Shown here piece by piece: positions 24,436 through 37,952 of a stretch of DNA of 64,000 nucleotides (position 1 is its first letter; the number at the start of each line of letters is the position of its first letter). Source of the stretch: Octopus vulgaris (taxonomy: Eukaryota). The stretch spans positions 123,566,001 through 123,630,000 of the forward strand of contig OX597816.1 in the NCBI GenBank assembly GCA_951406725.2, given 5' to 3'. Under the pieces are notes generated by a model. The model was not told the DNA's origin. It saw only the letters and a program-made list of their open reading frames with translations, and searched no databases. A program made the translations under genes and the position numbers.

Positions 24436-26019
24436 CACACACACATATATATGTATATATATAGATAGATATATATGTATATATATAGATATTTATATAC
24501 ATATATATATGTATAAATATATATATATATATATATATACATACACACACACACATATATATGCAGAAATATATCTATATGAATATATATATACATTTTC
24601 ATATATACCTATACATATATTTATACATATATATGCATGTACATATAAATCTTGTATATAAGTATATATGTATATACATATGTATATGTATGTATATATA
24701 CGTATATTGTTTTGGCTTCCTTGTTTTTTTTTATCTGTATTAATCTCTTAGAAAGAAAAAGAAGAACTGAAGGAAACGTTTAATAATTTTGAAATTTATT
24801 ATAACAGAACAAAGAAATTATAATATATATTATATTAAATTAAAATAAACTTCAATTCAATACCTACTTCTTAATGCCTTCTATTTTTATTGTTTTACAT
24901 TTCATAAGTTTATATTTTATTTTAAGTTTTTGATATGTAGGAGAGGGTATTTGAGCTTTTTAATTACATATAAATGTGATGTGCTGAAAAACTGGTTGAG
25001 TACCTCGTAGTTTTTAGTGGCAACTATTTAGATTCAATGTTCATATCCTGCCATATTTGGGTTTTGTCTTCTTTGGATCAAGAGTTAATTTATTTGGCAT
25101 AATTAAAAAAAAATATTTAATGAACTTAGAGATATAATTCAAGAGTACCAATGGCATGAATTTTGATGAAGTTAATGGTGAAAACAAAATATTTTCAATC
25201 AGTTTAAATTTCAATCTAAGATAGAAAATAAGGAAAAAAATAAAATGTAACGGATATGTAAATCATTTGCAGTGTAAAAGGAGAGATAAATTCAAAAAAA
25301 TTAAGTATTAATTTCACATAATTAATATGCATGTTTTTGGAGAAATCTGATTTTTGTTTTGCAGGTAAGGTGACAGTTACTAACATGTTCCAAATGTTGT
25401 TCAACCTCACTGACCTCATCAGCATAACATAATCAAACCTGCTCTGATTAGTAGTCAGAAACATTTACGTGATAAAAATAAGAGTTCAATGGCTTTTGGC
25501 TTGTAATAATGTGCATAAAATGAGCTAAGGGAATTAGCTCAAACAGAAGATCTGATTTCAGATAAACTAAGTGTTGTGCTGGATGAAAATAATACTTACA
25601 TAGAATTAAAATTTTTCTCTTATTTGGAGAATGAAAACCAAAGTAAGAAGTAATCATTAGGTACTATGAACAAAATTAGAGATGCTAACAGCTAAATTAT
25701 CCAAAATTATTTCTTAAGCTTATCTTTCATTGTAGGCTACCATTCTCTCTCATAAAATCTTTTTCCTTGAAGCTACAATAAAATCAAGTTATATATGAAA
25801 AATTCAGTTTGTAGGTGGTCAGTATTTTATATATATTTCTTTTGTCTTTCATTTTACACCGATTTTTTTTAGATGTCAAGCAGTTAAAAATTATTTCCAC
25901 ATTAAAGAAGCTAACAGTTTATCACAAGATATCTATGTATCTAGATAAATAAATATATAAATAATATAGAATAAATAAACATATTGATAGCCTGTTGCTT
26001 ATTCTAGGTCAATTTTTCT

Positions 26020-26750
26020 GAATTGCCAGGCAACTGGTTGCATATTACTTCACACATTCTATAAGGAACAGGTTCCAATGGTCGGGCAATCAGTCTGCAG
26101 CTAGCATCCTCAGTGGTGTGGCTTAGGTATGCCATGGCTTCTGATGAGCAACACATGCTCAGGTTGTGCTACACACAAGGATTTCTGAATGGTGAGTGTG
26201 CATGGGCTCAGGTTTGTATGCTATATCTTTCCATAGCATGTCTCCTTGATGGAGCTGCAGTCTTGGATGAAGAAAAGACTGAGACTGGGTGCCTGACACC
26301 TAGAATGTTGATAGATGCTCATAACTCTCTACTGATCAGGCAATGGGATTGGTGGATGTTCCACTTTAGCAATATATAGAGAATTAGAGGCATGGAAGTG
26401 TGGCATTCTTGAGGAGAATCTGGGTGTTGATGAAAATGAACAGGCTAGTCTGTTCTGGAGGACTTTTCAGCCAGGGATTACCATAGATTATTTACAAAAG
26501 TCCTTGGCCTGATACCGTTACCAAGGGGTGCTACTTGTTCAAAATAAACTCTACAGGCATGGATATGCTATTAGACAGACCTGTTTGAGGTGCACACAGA
26601 GCAACGAAACTGTTCTGCATGCACTCATTCAGTGTCCTGCATTGCTGACATGTGCAGTTATGTCAATAAGCTGCTGTCAACTTATCCAGGTTTCACTTGA
26701 GAAAGGAAGTAATGGAGGAGAAGGAAGTGGGTGAAAGTTGTTTAAAAAAA
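26020..26750 (+). mobile_element. Old degenerate Tx1-family 3' ORF2 fragment
   Basis: LLVQNKLYRHGYAIRQTCLRCTQSNETVLHALIQCP aligns with LLV*DKLFRHGCAPSPVCARCKRDSETVLHAIVQCP in the full element. Confidence 0.8.
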
Positions 26751-27070
26751 CGATATGCTTGTATAATATGGGGATGGATTAATTTCATCTGTCTATCTAA
26801 ACCATGAAGCTTTTTTACTTGACTACCAAAATCTCCTTTCCTAACATCCTGCTATTGCTAATTCACAGAAATACTGTTTCTTTTCTTCACCTCTTCTGCT
26901 GCAATTGCAATGGGCTCTATTCCACTGAACCAACAATAAACACATCCTCTATACAAGACCACCACATTTTTGACTGTGTAATATACCAAGTGAACTTAAT
27001 TATTAACAGATGAAATTTACGGTATTTCTCATATTGAAGTTTAGTGTAAAAATAAATAAAGGTATTTATG

Positions 27071-27108
<38 letters not shown>

Positions 27109-27359
27109 GTTTGTGTGCATGTATGTATTACTATAAATGTTTACATTCTGCATTCTCGCATGAATGTATTAAGCAACATCAGTGACATTTATCAGCATTC
27201 TTTACTGATAACTAATCCTTTAATTGCATTAAAAATAATTCGATACCTTAATATGTATTTATTCGACTCATGATAGAAAGGAAAAGCAAATGTAAAAGGA
27301 TCGAACAAACAGATTTATCATTTTCATATTTTATTGACTTAATCTCTTACATGATTTAA

Positions 27360-27490
27360 CACCATCACCGCTGCCACCACCACCACCACTTTCACCATTG
27401 CCACCTCTGCCACCACCACCACCATTGCCACCACCACTGCCGCCACCTCAACCACCACTGTCACTGCCACCGCCGCCACCACCACAACCT
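27360..27490. repeat. Degenerate (CCA)n
   Basis: Seen directly. Confidence 0.9.
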
Positions 27491-28296
27491 CTCCCTTGAC
27501 TCTTCTCTGTTGCTTGTATTCATACGAGTGTCTGACCTGAGTATTGACTAGTTTTGCTGACTTGTTCATGGTTAGTTTTCTTTTCTGCTTAAGCCATAAA
27601 CATTTTTTTAAAAGCCATTATGCTGACAGCAGAACCAATCAGTGTTATATCATTAAAATCCATTTCTTGTCTTTTACAAATACAATCAGTTAACATTAGA
27701 AATTATTTCTTAGATAAATTCAGACTTTGAGAGTATCTTTCATTGAAAAACTTCATTTATATCAAGCCTTCTCTGGTATGATTCAGTCACACGAAAGTAC
27801 ATCAGCTCAACACTCCAGCCTAACGAAACTTACCAATTAAAGACAGTGCTTGACACGTTACAAAGCCTGTTATTCATATGATACAACTCAACACCCACCT
27901 AATGACTCAACCAGCTGAATTTCTGCAATGAAAGAACTGACAACTTGATAATACATAATACCAGCAAACTACTGCATTACTGATTCTAAAATAAAAATAT
28001 TCAACAATGCACATGTACTTATCATTGACAGAAATTAATTTAAATAATGTCCTCACCCTGTATATTTAACACATTGCAACAAAATAACAAAAGAAGGAAA
28101 AACAGAAACAAATGAAAATAATTTAGAGGAAAGCGTTCATTAGGAACTAATTAAATATGACACTCATAATTTTAATTAGATTCTCAGTAGCTGAAATCAA
28201 AAAACAGTAGGTGATTATTTGTTGTGGTCATAATAAAACTAAGCAATGTGCTAGGACAACTTTCTGACAACACTTGTTAATGCATCATTATGAGAA

Positions 28297-28335
28297 ACAC
28301 ACACACACATACACACATACACACATGCACACACA

Positions 28336-28423
<88 letters not shown>

Positions 28424-28431
28424 TACACACA
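28297..28431. repeat. (CA)n microsatellite
   Basis: Seen directly. Confidence 0.95.
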
Positions 28432-28830
28432 ATAAAAATATTGCCATTCATTCTTATACAAGTTCTGACATTTCTAAGTACTCAAATCTCTCCATACATA
28501 TGCAAATATATGTACACATACAAATACAGATGAACACACAAGCATACAAATAGACAGACAAACAGACAGACAGCTAGATAGACAAAGAAATTGGTCTCAT
28601 TGTATTCCCTGTGTGATGATGAAAACTAAAAATTTATTGTACAATATAGTAACAATTCTTTGCTTGTTCAGTTAATCTGAAGAGTAACAGTTCTAGTTAC
28701 ACAAGATTTGTTTTAGAATGTTCTTCTTAAGCAAATACAAGAACTATATGATAAATCTATTGCTATTTCAAACTCACATTTACCACATCATACACATACC
28801 TATACATAGCATTAATTCTTTTATTAAAAG

Positions 28831-29159
28831 TTATTCATTGTCGATGACACCTTGGAAATATGTGGGAGACCTTAAATCTAAAGAAAGAAGTTCGTTTTCA
28901 ATTTCCTGTAAAAAGTTCCTTTTGGTAATTCCAATTGTTCTTTCTGTTGTTTCTGGTAAAAGAAAAGTTGCATAAAACACCTCACATTTCTTGGTAGTGA
29001 AAGGAAATATTGATTTCTTGGAATGAAGTCCGAAGCTAATTTTCACTGTTGAACATAGTATAGCCAGTTTCCATTTTAGTAAGTAAATCAAAGAAGTGGC
29101 AGTGTCCCAGATTTGTGAGACTGATTGAGTTGAACCAAACCAATTCTCAGCCTGAACAT
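28831..29159 (-). CDS. Candidate terminal coding exon of an unidentified host gene
   Basis: About 110 open codons of non-repetitive sequence (VQAENWFGSTQ...PTYFQGVIDNE*); cctgtAG acceptor upstream; AATAAA 5 nt after the stop; no recognised homology. Confidence 0.25.
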
Positions 29160-29772
29160 CTACAGGTCAATGACTGTATGGAAAATGCGGATAGATATCT
29201 GGTGGATGATTTATAACAGAAAGATGACAGCTAAAAGTACACATGAACTAGTTAATAGTGATAAAGTATGCAATGTATTAGGCCTACTAGCTCTTATTTC
29301 ATTGACTCTTGAAAGATAAAAAGTAAAGCTATGACAAGGTTATATTTATCTTGGAATACGGAAAAATATAATTAAGCACTGAAAAGCCTTTTACAAGGTT
29401 ACTTTCTACTTAATTATTTCTCCCAGTTCTGTAGAGGAGGAAATCAGTGAGTTGAAGCAAAAACTGTATCATTTTGATGACTATTTTGCCTATGCTAGCA
29501 TGAACTAGATAAGACTTATTGAGGCAGAGTTTTCTGTAGCTGAATGCTTTTCCTGTAGCCAACACTTATTTGCTACTAAGATACTTATTCATCTACATCT
29601 TCAAATGATGAGTCACTCTAGAGCTGGGTATGTTTTAAAAGCAGTTGTAAACCATATCAAGTCACAAAGAGGGAAACACAAACACATGCACACACAGACA
29701 CACACACATACTCACACTCTCAATCATTCATGCACACTCATACACACACACACACATTCTCTCTCTCTCTCA

Positions 29773-29810
<38 letters not shown>

Positions 29811-30269
29811 AACAGCTGCACAAATATTCATTCATTCATTTTAACATCAGGTTTCCTTTGCTAGACAAGTAGTTATTGTGACAGATTTTATGGATGCATG
29901 TTATTTCTGTCACCAATCTTACCTGTTTTTTCAAGTAAGGGATTTAAAAAAAAAATTCTAGATGTCTTTGAAAGCAGAGAGCAAGTAGTAGTAGGCATCC
30001 ATTGGCCTCAAGAGGCCATGGATTTGTGCCTGAAGAAATCGTGTCAGCTGCTAATGGTGGTGCAGCATTTTTTGTGGCTGTAGAGGTCCACACAGGAGTG
30101 GCAGTCATGCATACAGTGACCACATTTGAAGGAGCTCTCTGCTGGCACTACTGGTTTGTCTTTCTGTCAGGTGTGCTTTTCTTAGTGGTGAGTTCCTGTT
30201 TTTCTTCTTCTCACTTCATCCCTTTCACAATATTTGCCTCAAGCATGGGAAATCATTTGCGACCTCCTT

Positions 30270-30530
30270 CTTTCTCAGGATGTTCAGATCAAGTGACTTC
30301 ATATCTCTCTAACAAACATCCTTGAAACAAAGATGAGGTCATCTTTGTGCTCTTTTGTTGGTGGCCAGTTACTCGTATAGGAGGTCTTTTGGGATCCTCC
30401 TGTCCAGCATGCCATGTACATAACCAAGCCAGTACAGACAATGTTTAGCATTTGAACCAGCCATATCCAGCTTGAATATACTACTTGTTTTATGCTCAAA
30501 CTGGCTGTAACTGGCCTCTCACACCTATCC
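30270..30530 (-). mobile_element. LINE (RTE-like) ORF C-terminal fragment
   Basis: Decayed WxGHVxxMxDxRIPKDLLYxxL...RxxGRPxLxFKDVCKRDMK motif. Confidence 0.65.
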
Positions 30531-30534
30531 AACA

Positions 30535-30664
30535 ATGTTATTCCAAAAATATATAATCATATTTTTGAAGTCTCAAAGCTATAAAAGAATACAGGATTAA
30601 TTCAAAATGATGAGAATAAATAAACATTATATTTGACAAAGTAATCTGAAAATCAAAGGGTTAA
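30535..30664. mobile_element. piggyBac-like MITE end
   Basis: Ends in ...aaagggTTAA; only one terminus seen. Confidence 0.4.
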
Positions 30665-32541
30665 AATAAACTTAGGAAAATACATTTTTAGTAAGTGGGA
30701 AAGAAAACAGGACCCTTCTAATCAGGAAAATGGCCATGTTCTGTGTGCAGAAAAGAAATTTGTACATTTTAGAAGGTAGTTGTAAACAATATCAAGTGAG
30801 AAAAACATAGTGTAAGATACTACAGCATTCATAAGGAATGTGCTTCTAAACGTTTCCTGGCCAAGAAATTGTGTAAAGTGTGCTCAGAATAAAATATGGA
30901 CACATGAAAGCTGTAGTGGGATAGATAAACTGAGAAAGTAGATTTCATATGCAACAAGTGCACTGGGACAGTAATTACCAAGAGTACCCAGGTAAAGGCA
31001 TATCCCCAATGCCTATTCTCTGCAACCAATCTATCCCTGATGATCTTTTCCTTATTCTGTCACCATTCCTCTCCTGTAACTCATCTTTCTAGCATCCACC
31101 TCTCCATTATTCTTCTAATTACAGAATTATCCACTCACCTGCTTTAATTATGAAAGCAGAACCCCACCTATTTCGTTCCCTACTGCTCACCCTCCCTTGC
31201 TGTCATCCTTTACCTCCTTATTTCTGCTGAACACCCTCCCTTGCTGTCATCCTTTACCTCCTTATTTCTGCTGAACACCCTCTTTCCCTTCCCTCTTCAG
31301 CCCCACATTTTGCCAACAGCAGCCCTCTCTCCTATTACTTCAGTCTGTCTTCCACCATTTTCACCCTCATGTGCCTCTAACTTTGTCCCTAGCACTGTGC
31401 ATCCCTTTCACACACCACCCCCTTTTATCTCACATCATCCTAGTTTCCACCTATAACCTCCCTGACACACATTTACTTCCTCCACCTTCCCCTCCAAAAG
31501 ATACTCATCACTGACCTTGTTTCCACCAGTGTCCACCACTCACTGCATCTCCCTCTACCCACCTGCCATTTACCTCTCACTCTCCTGTCACCTTACATAC
31601 CTGCCCACATCACTTCCCTTTATTCACCTTCCTGCTACTTGAAGGTACGTCCTGCCCATCTTCACCCTCATACTCTTTCTCTTTCAATTGGAGTAACTGT
31701 GCATCTCCCTTACATCAAGACATCTGTTCCAGTCCCTTTACCATTCTTAACGCCTCATCACCTGGCATAAAGCTACTTCCTTCGGTTCTACTCCCCACCT
31801 CACTACCCCAACACAACAACAACAATAATATCTTGGTTAAGAAAAGCCAGCAAAGATTTTAACAAAGCTGGTGAAGAAGATTCTCTAAGCAGAAAACCAG
31901 AAGGTTCAGTTGTGTGAGACAAAAAATCTCACAAATTATGGAGTGTACAAAACCATCTTTTCTATCCTGGTGGTTCTGTGCTTTTATTGTTATTTTTATT
32001 TAACACCAGGTCAATACTGATCAGGAAATTTTATGACCATAGGTATTCTAACCATAGCCATCTCATCATTTTTCTTTTGTATACCAGGGATTATATTGTT
32101 TCATATATCCTTCTTTATTAAAAATGGTACAGTGTGATTTGAGGGAGATTCAGCAGCTACTTCAAGCAAGTCATATGACTACAGCGAATATTCCATGCTA
32201 GCTTTGGTTTGTATGTTGTAGTGATGGATAGATAGACAACTGCCATTTTATGGTGATAAGGGACATTTAGCATACTGCATCATATCTGTAAATAAATCAC
32301 TCAGGGAATTGTGGACTTTGGCTGCAAGAAGGATATTGCAAAGACATAACTAGGAGTATAGTTTCAATTGGTTACCTATTTAGCTGTTTCAGATAAGTCA
32401 TAGGTAAAGTACATGTGTTGCCAAATTGGTGAATGCCAAATTCCTTATAGTGGTTCAGGCTGTAAAAAACTATTGGAGTTCTTACCACTTGGCTCACTCA
32501 ATGTACCAGGGAATTCAGATGTTAAAGTCATCACAACTATT

Positions 32542-32945
32542 ACTCTTTTACTCTTATACTTGTTTTAGTCATTTGACGTTGGCCATGCTGGAGCACAGCC
32601 TTTAGTCGAGCAAATCAACTCAGGACTTATTCTTTGTAAGCCTAGTACTTATTCTATCGGTCTCTTTTGCTAAGTTACAGAGATGTAAACACACCAGCAT
32701 CGGTTGTCAAATGATGTTGGGGGGACAAGCACAGACATGCAAACATATACACACACATACATATATATATGTACATATATACGATGGGCTTCTTTCAGTT
32801 CCCGTCTACCAAATCTACTCACAAGGCTTTGGTCAGCCTGAGGCTATAGTAAAAGACACTTGCCCAAGGTGCCACACAGTGGGACTGAACCCGGAACCAT
32901 GTGGTTGGTAAGCAAGCTACTTAGCACACAGCCACTCCTATGCCT
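32542..32945 (-). mobile_element. SINE family A, full length
   Basis: Reverse complement of 6841-7217. Confidence 0.85.
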
Positions 32946-34089
32946 ATTGCTCACTTTACTTGTAGCTCCAGAGTAAAACTCTCTAACAAAGTTTTTCTCA
33001 AGCCTTACATTTTTATTCCACCCATGTCACTACTATTTAGATACAACTTGATGTAAAAATCTTCTATCTCTCCAAACCAATAAAAACACTGGTCTTGACA
33101 TTGTCCCTTCCATTACAACAGTAAATTGCAGAGATAGTACCCATCCTTGCTAAACTCTTCAATTTTTCTCCTTCCATGTGAAAAACATAGTTTAGTTAGA
33201 ATCATAATCTGTGAAAATATACGACATTATGTTTCCATAAACTGAGATAAATTGCAACATATGTTTTCACAGACAGCTCAAAAAAAACTCTAACCTGTAG
33301 AACTTACTCTCTGCCTACTCTCTGCTCATGTTTCTTCAGCATATATTGATATGAAAATGTTCAAATTGAACATGCCTCACTGGTATCGCCTGAAACAGCC
33401 AACATTTCCTCTAATAAAAAAAAATGAAAAGAAAAATTGATAAAGAAAATTATAACAGAGATGAAAGTGAAAAACGAGAAGTAAACAAAACAAAAAACAC
33501 ATCAAAAAGAAAAAAGCAACTGCTGCCGTTGCTGCTATCATAGTTGCTTTCTAAGCTGTCAGTGATTTCTGAGTAGAGATATAGCCTAGATATCAAAACT
33601 TGTTTTCAGTCATTGCATTTCTTAAAAAAAAAAAAAAAAAAAGGGAAAAATGTCTTCACAGAAACAGAAACTAAATGCAATATTACCCATATTAGCATTA
33701 TCAACATTATCCTGTTAAAAATGTGAAAAAAGAAAGAACGAAAAAATCAAATTTAGTTAGAAACTGGGCAGAGATTGGTACTGTGAAAATCTAGAAGTTG
33801 TCAGTCTCACCAAAAATAAGATAGCAGCAGAAATGGTAAAGTCATGAGTTAAACAACTAAAAGTACGTTTTATTTATCTATTTTGATTTTATGTAGCTTT
33901 GTGTGAATAGGAAGGTTAGAACTTGATATCTTTTTTTTTTTTTGAGTCTCCAAGACTGGGAAGAAGTTATTCTCAGACAGAAGGCCAAACCTGATGTCTT
34001 GAAACCGAGTGGCCCTGCTAAACATACTCAAAGGTCAAGTGGTGCGTATTGACCTGAGTTGAGGCTGTGTGAGCTTATATTTGATATTT

Positions 34090-34882
34090 TACCTTTTATA
34101 TTTTTCTTATTTCAGTCACTGGACCGTGACCATGCTGGGACATTACCTTAATTGACTCCAGTAGTTATTTTTAAGCCTGGTAATTATTCTGTTGGTCTCT
34201 TTTTGCCATACTGCTAAGCTACAGGGATGTAAGCACACTAACACCGGCTGCCAACTGGTGGTAGTGGACAAACACGAACAATCACGCACACACATCCACA
34301 CACATACACACATACTCTCTTTTAGTCTTTTTTATTCTTTTACTTGTTTCAGTCATTTGATTGTGGCCATGTTGGAGCACTGCCTTTAGTCGAGCAAATC
34401 GATCCCAGGACTTATTCTTTGGAAGCCTTGTACTTATTCTATCAGTCTCTTTTACCAAACCACTAAGTTATATGGACGTAAACACACCAGCATCAGTTGT
34501 CAAGCGATGATGGAGAGACAAACACAGACACACAAACATATACACACATATACATATATATACATATATACTATGGGCCTCCTTCAGTCTCCGTCCACCA
34601 AATCCACTCACAGGGCTATAGTAGAAGACACTTGCCCAAGGTGCCATGCAGCAGGACTGAACCTGGAACCATGTGGTTCTTAAGCAAACCACTTACCACA
34701 CAGCCATTCCTACACCTATGTCTGTCAGATATTTGTGACAGACTTCTTTCATCTATGAAATCCACTCGCAAGTTTTGGTTCACCCTAGAAGGCACTTGCC
34801 CAAAGGGCCATGCAATGGGACTGAACCTGAACCCATGTTGTTGGGAAGCAAGTTTTTTACAATACAGCCGTGCCTGCGCCTG
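34090..34882 (-). mobile_element. Cluster of three SINE family A copies or fragments
   Basis: 3' half at 34090-34300, full copy at 34325-34718, head at 34745-34882. Confidence 0.8.
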
Positions 34883-35363
34883 AAGACAACCTGAGGTTAT
34901 CTCATCAACATACCACTCTTACATTTGATGACATTCTCTCCATGCCACAATCTAAAATAAGTTGTGTCCTAACTTCTAAGTCACAGATTTTCTCCAATTT
35001 TGTACATCAACAATTATTATCTAAAATAGGTTATGCCCTAGCATTCAGCAAATATATGCAGTATAATGGATGATTCCATCATGGAGAATTTAATAAGGTG
35101 CTCATCTTTACAGGAATGTTATACTGTATTTGTCTTCAGACAGAACACTTTCTGCTAATAGCTATACTAAGATCAATGCTAATGCAATAAAATAGTTGCC
35201 AATCTTAGAGAAAATCAATCAATTCATTGACAAGAATCAGGCTGTTTCTCGACAATCCATATTTAGAGCTTTTCGCTATTTACCAGTTTTGTTCTCTTGA
35301 CCAGCAGTTAATCAACATTTTCAATCTGGTTTTGTCAGCATCGTATTTATCTTAATATCAGTG

Positions 35364-35396
<33 letters not shown>

Positions 35397-35837
35397 GTTA
35401 AATGATGAAGTACACATAGATTGAAACAGTATAACGAAATGGCTGATACACTTTATGACGTAGGCAATGAAGTTGCAGAGTTATTAGGACAGATACATTG
35501 CTTTGTGGTATTTCTTCTGGCTGGCTGGCTGTACTCTGAGTTCAATACCAACTTTCTGTTGAAGGTAACTTTGTTTTTCAAACAATAAATTAAGTAGAAG
35601 CCAAGTAATAGAGTCAATATCTCACACTCCTTCTTCTCCTTCTCTCTCTCCTTCTCTCTCCATCCCTCTCTCTCCCTCTATCAACCTCTCTCTTTCAACC
35701 TCCCTCTCATACCTTCCCTCTCTCTTACTGAGGTATTTACCTTAATGAAGGACATGCTCAATGCAAAGCTGGTCAAGACATTAGATGCCAGACTCTTCAA
35801 TAGCACTGTCCTACCTATACTCTTATATGCATGAAAT

Positions 35838-36170
35838 ACTGTGCATGGCTCAGTGGTTAAAGCATTGGGCTCACAATCATGTGATAGTGAGTTCAAATCC
35901 TGAATCAGGCTGTGTTTTGTATGCTTGAGCAAGACACATTATTTCATGTTGCTCCAGTTCATTCAGCCGTGGACATGAGTTGCGATGTCACTGGTGCCAA
36001 GCTGTATTAACCTTAGCCTTTCCCTTGGATAACATCGGTGGCATGGAGAGAAAAGGCTAATATGCATGGGCAACTACTGGTCTTCCATAAAACAATCTTG
36101 CCTGGACTTGTGCCTCAGAAGGGAAGTTTCTAGGAGTAATCCCATGGTCATTCATGACCAAAAAGAGCCT
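35838..36170 (+). mobile_element. tRNA-head SINE family C
   Basis: tggctcagtggttaaagc...gagttcaaatcc A/B boxes; cttgagcaagacac core; related copy at ~40500-40765. Confidence 0.7.
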
Positions 36171-37424
36171 TTTTTGCTTCCAATATCACATGCTACATCA
36201 AAGGCAGACACATATCCACAAAGACTTTCCCCCCACACCACTCTGAACTACCAAATTTCTTCCCACAGGGAGTTTCTGCCTATAGTCTACTCTCATACCA
36301 TTTGATGGCATCCCAAGGTGCTACAAATTTTTGACTTTAAAGAAAGTTTCTGGTAAAACATGCAAGCTCTCTAAGTAGATTAGATTGAGCTATGAGAAGG
36401 TTTATGGTTGAGTGGAGTGGAGTCATACACACTCTCTCTATCTTCCAAAACTGAGGGAGAATGTTTAAGCAAGGAGCTAGCAAATTCTTTTCAGAAAAAC
36501 TGTCAGTTATTGGTATTGTCCTGAAATAAGCTGATGTGCAATGCAACACAGAATGGAAAGAATTGCTATTCTTACCACTGGATATCTTTAATTCTAGTTG
36601 AGGAGACTATTATTTAATAATCTCGTTTTATCCTTTGGCTCCTCTCTCACCTCAGTGTTTTCCTGCACCAAAACTTCACCCACTTCTCTTTCTTTTTTCA
36701 TTTCACTTCTTTTCTCCCTCTCACTCAGTTTTTCTTTTGTATTACTTCCTGTCTGCATATGAATCTTATATTGTCTTGTGTTTTTCATCAGTTACAGCCA
36801 GTTTTTCAAATATAGAGAATGTAAAATTTCTGCTACCTTTCTTTTATTCTCCTCCTGTCAATTTTACTCTAAGACAGGTTATGTCTGACACGATTGATAC
36901 TACATTCTCCATGATATTTTCACTGCACTCTTTCTTTCATGTTTCTCTAAATATACAAGTCAGAAGTTATTTTGGCTCTAAAACATTGTAGTTCAGGTCA
37001 AATTAGAACACTGTCATATGTTTCTGGAATCTTTTGCATATATTTTCATTACAATGTAAGTTAAGCTTACAATTTTCTTTTTTGTATTCTTTTCTAAATT
37101 TGCTCTTGTACTGTTGTTAACACATATTTTTCTATGATTGTGGGGGTAGTGGAAATGGTATAATTACGTGTCATGTTGTATTTTGTTTTGTGCATTGATG
37201 TCTGAAGGTGAAATCTCATTGGAGTCAATATTGCCGTTCATCTCATTATATTTGACAAAATAAATAAATAAACAAATAAACAGATGAATAAATAAATTAA
37301 AAAGCATATATGTGCTCGAGTTGTTTCAGTCAACTATACTACTGTCTTACAATTGTATAGTTTAGTGCCGATATAAGAAATAACTATTTGTAATTATCAT
37401 TATTCAATGATTGTCACCATTTGC

Positions 37425-37952
37425 ATCATCATCACCATCATCATCATCATTGTTTAACGTCCGCTTTCCATGCTAGCATGGGTTGGACGATTTTGACTGA
37501 GGGCTGGCGAACCAGATGGCTGCACCCGGCTCCAATCTTGATCTGGCAGAGCTTCTACAGCTGGATGCCCTCCCTAATGCCAACCACTCCGAGAGTGTAG
37601 TGGGTGCATTTTACATACCACCGGCACAGGGGTCAGTCAGGCGGTACTGGCAATGACCTTGCTCAAATCTTGTTACACATGCCAACAGCACAGGTGCCAG
37701 TAAGGTGATGCTGGTAATGATCACATTCGAATGGTGCCCTTTTACGTGCCACTGGCATGGAAGCCAGTCAGCCGCTCTGGCAATGATCATGCTCGGATGG
37801 TGCTCTTGGCACCCTACTAGCAAGGGCACAAGTGCCAGTAAGGCGACGCTGGTAACGATCACACTCAAATGGTACCTTTTATGTGCCACTGGCATGGAAG
37901 CTGGTTAGCTGCTCTGTCAACGATCACACTTGTATGATGCTCTTTGCACCCC
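37425..37952 (-). mobile_element. RTE-tail non-autonomous retroelement with internal ~138-bp tandem duplication
   Basis: (cat)n-gtttaacgtccgctttccatgctagcatgggttggacg; nearly identical to 42795-43145. Confidence 0.8.

Noticed and set aside
25365-25772. Strong-looking splice sites on both strands and an ELRELAQTEDL peptide
   Set aside because: Stops in all frames between the sites; could only be a non-coding exon, which cannot be tested here
27833-27922. Minus-strand segment bounded by ttgcAG and GTAAGT
   Set aside because: Stops in all three frames; such motifs arise by chance in AT-rich DNA
37690-37952. Repeat-spacer pattern resembling a CRISPR array
   Set aside because: Units are duplicated whole with no unique spacers; eukaryotic retroelement context and no cas genes
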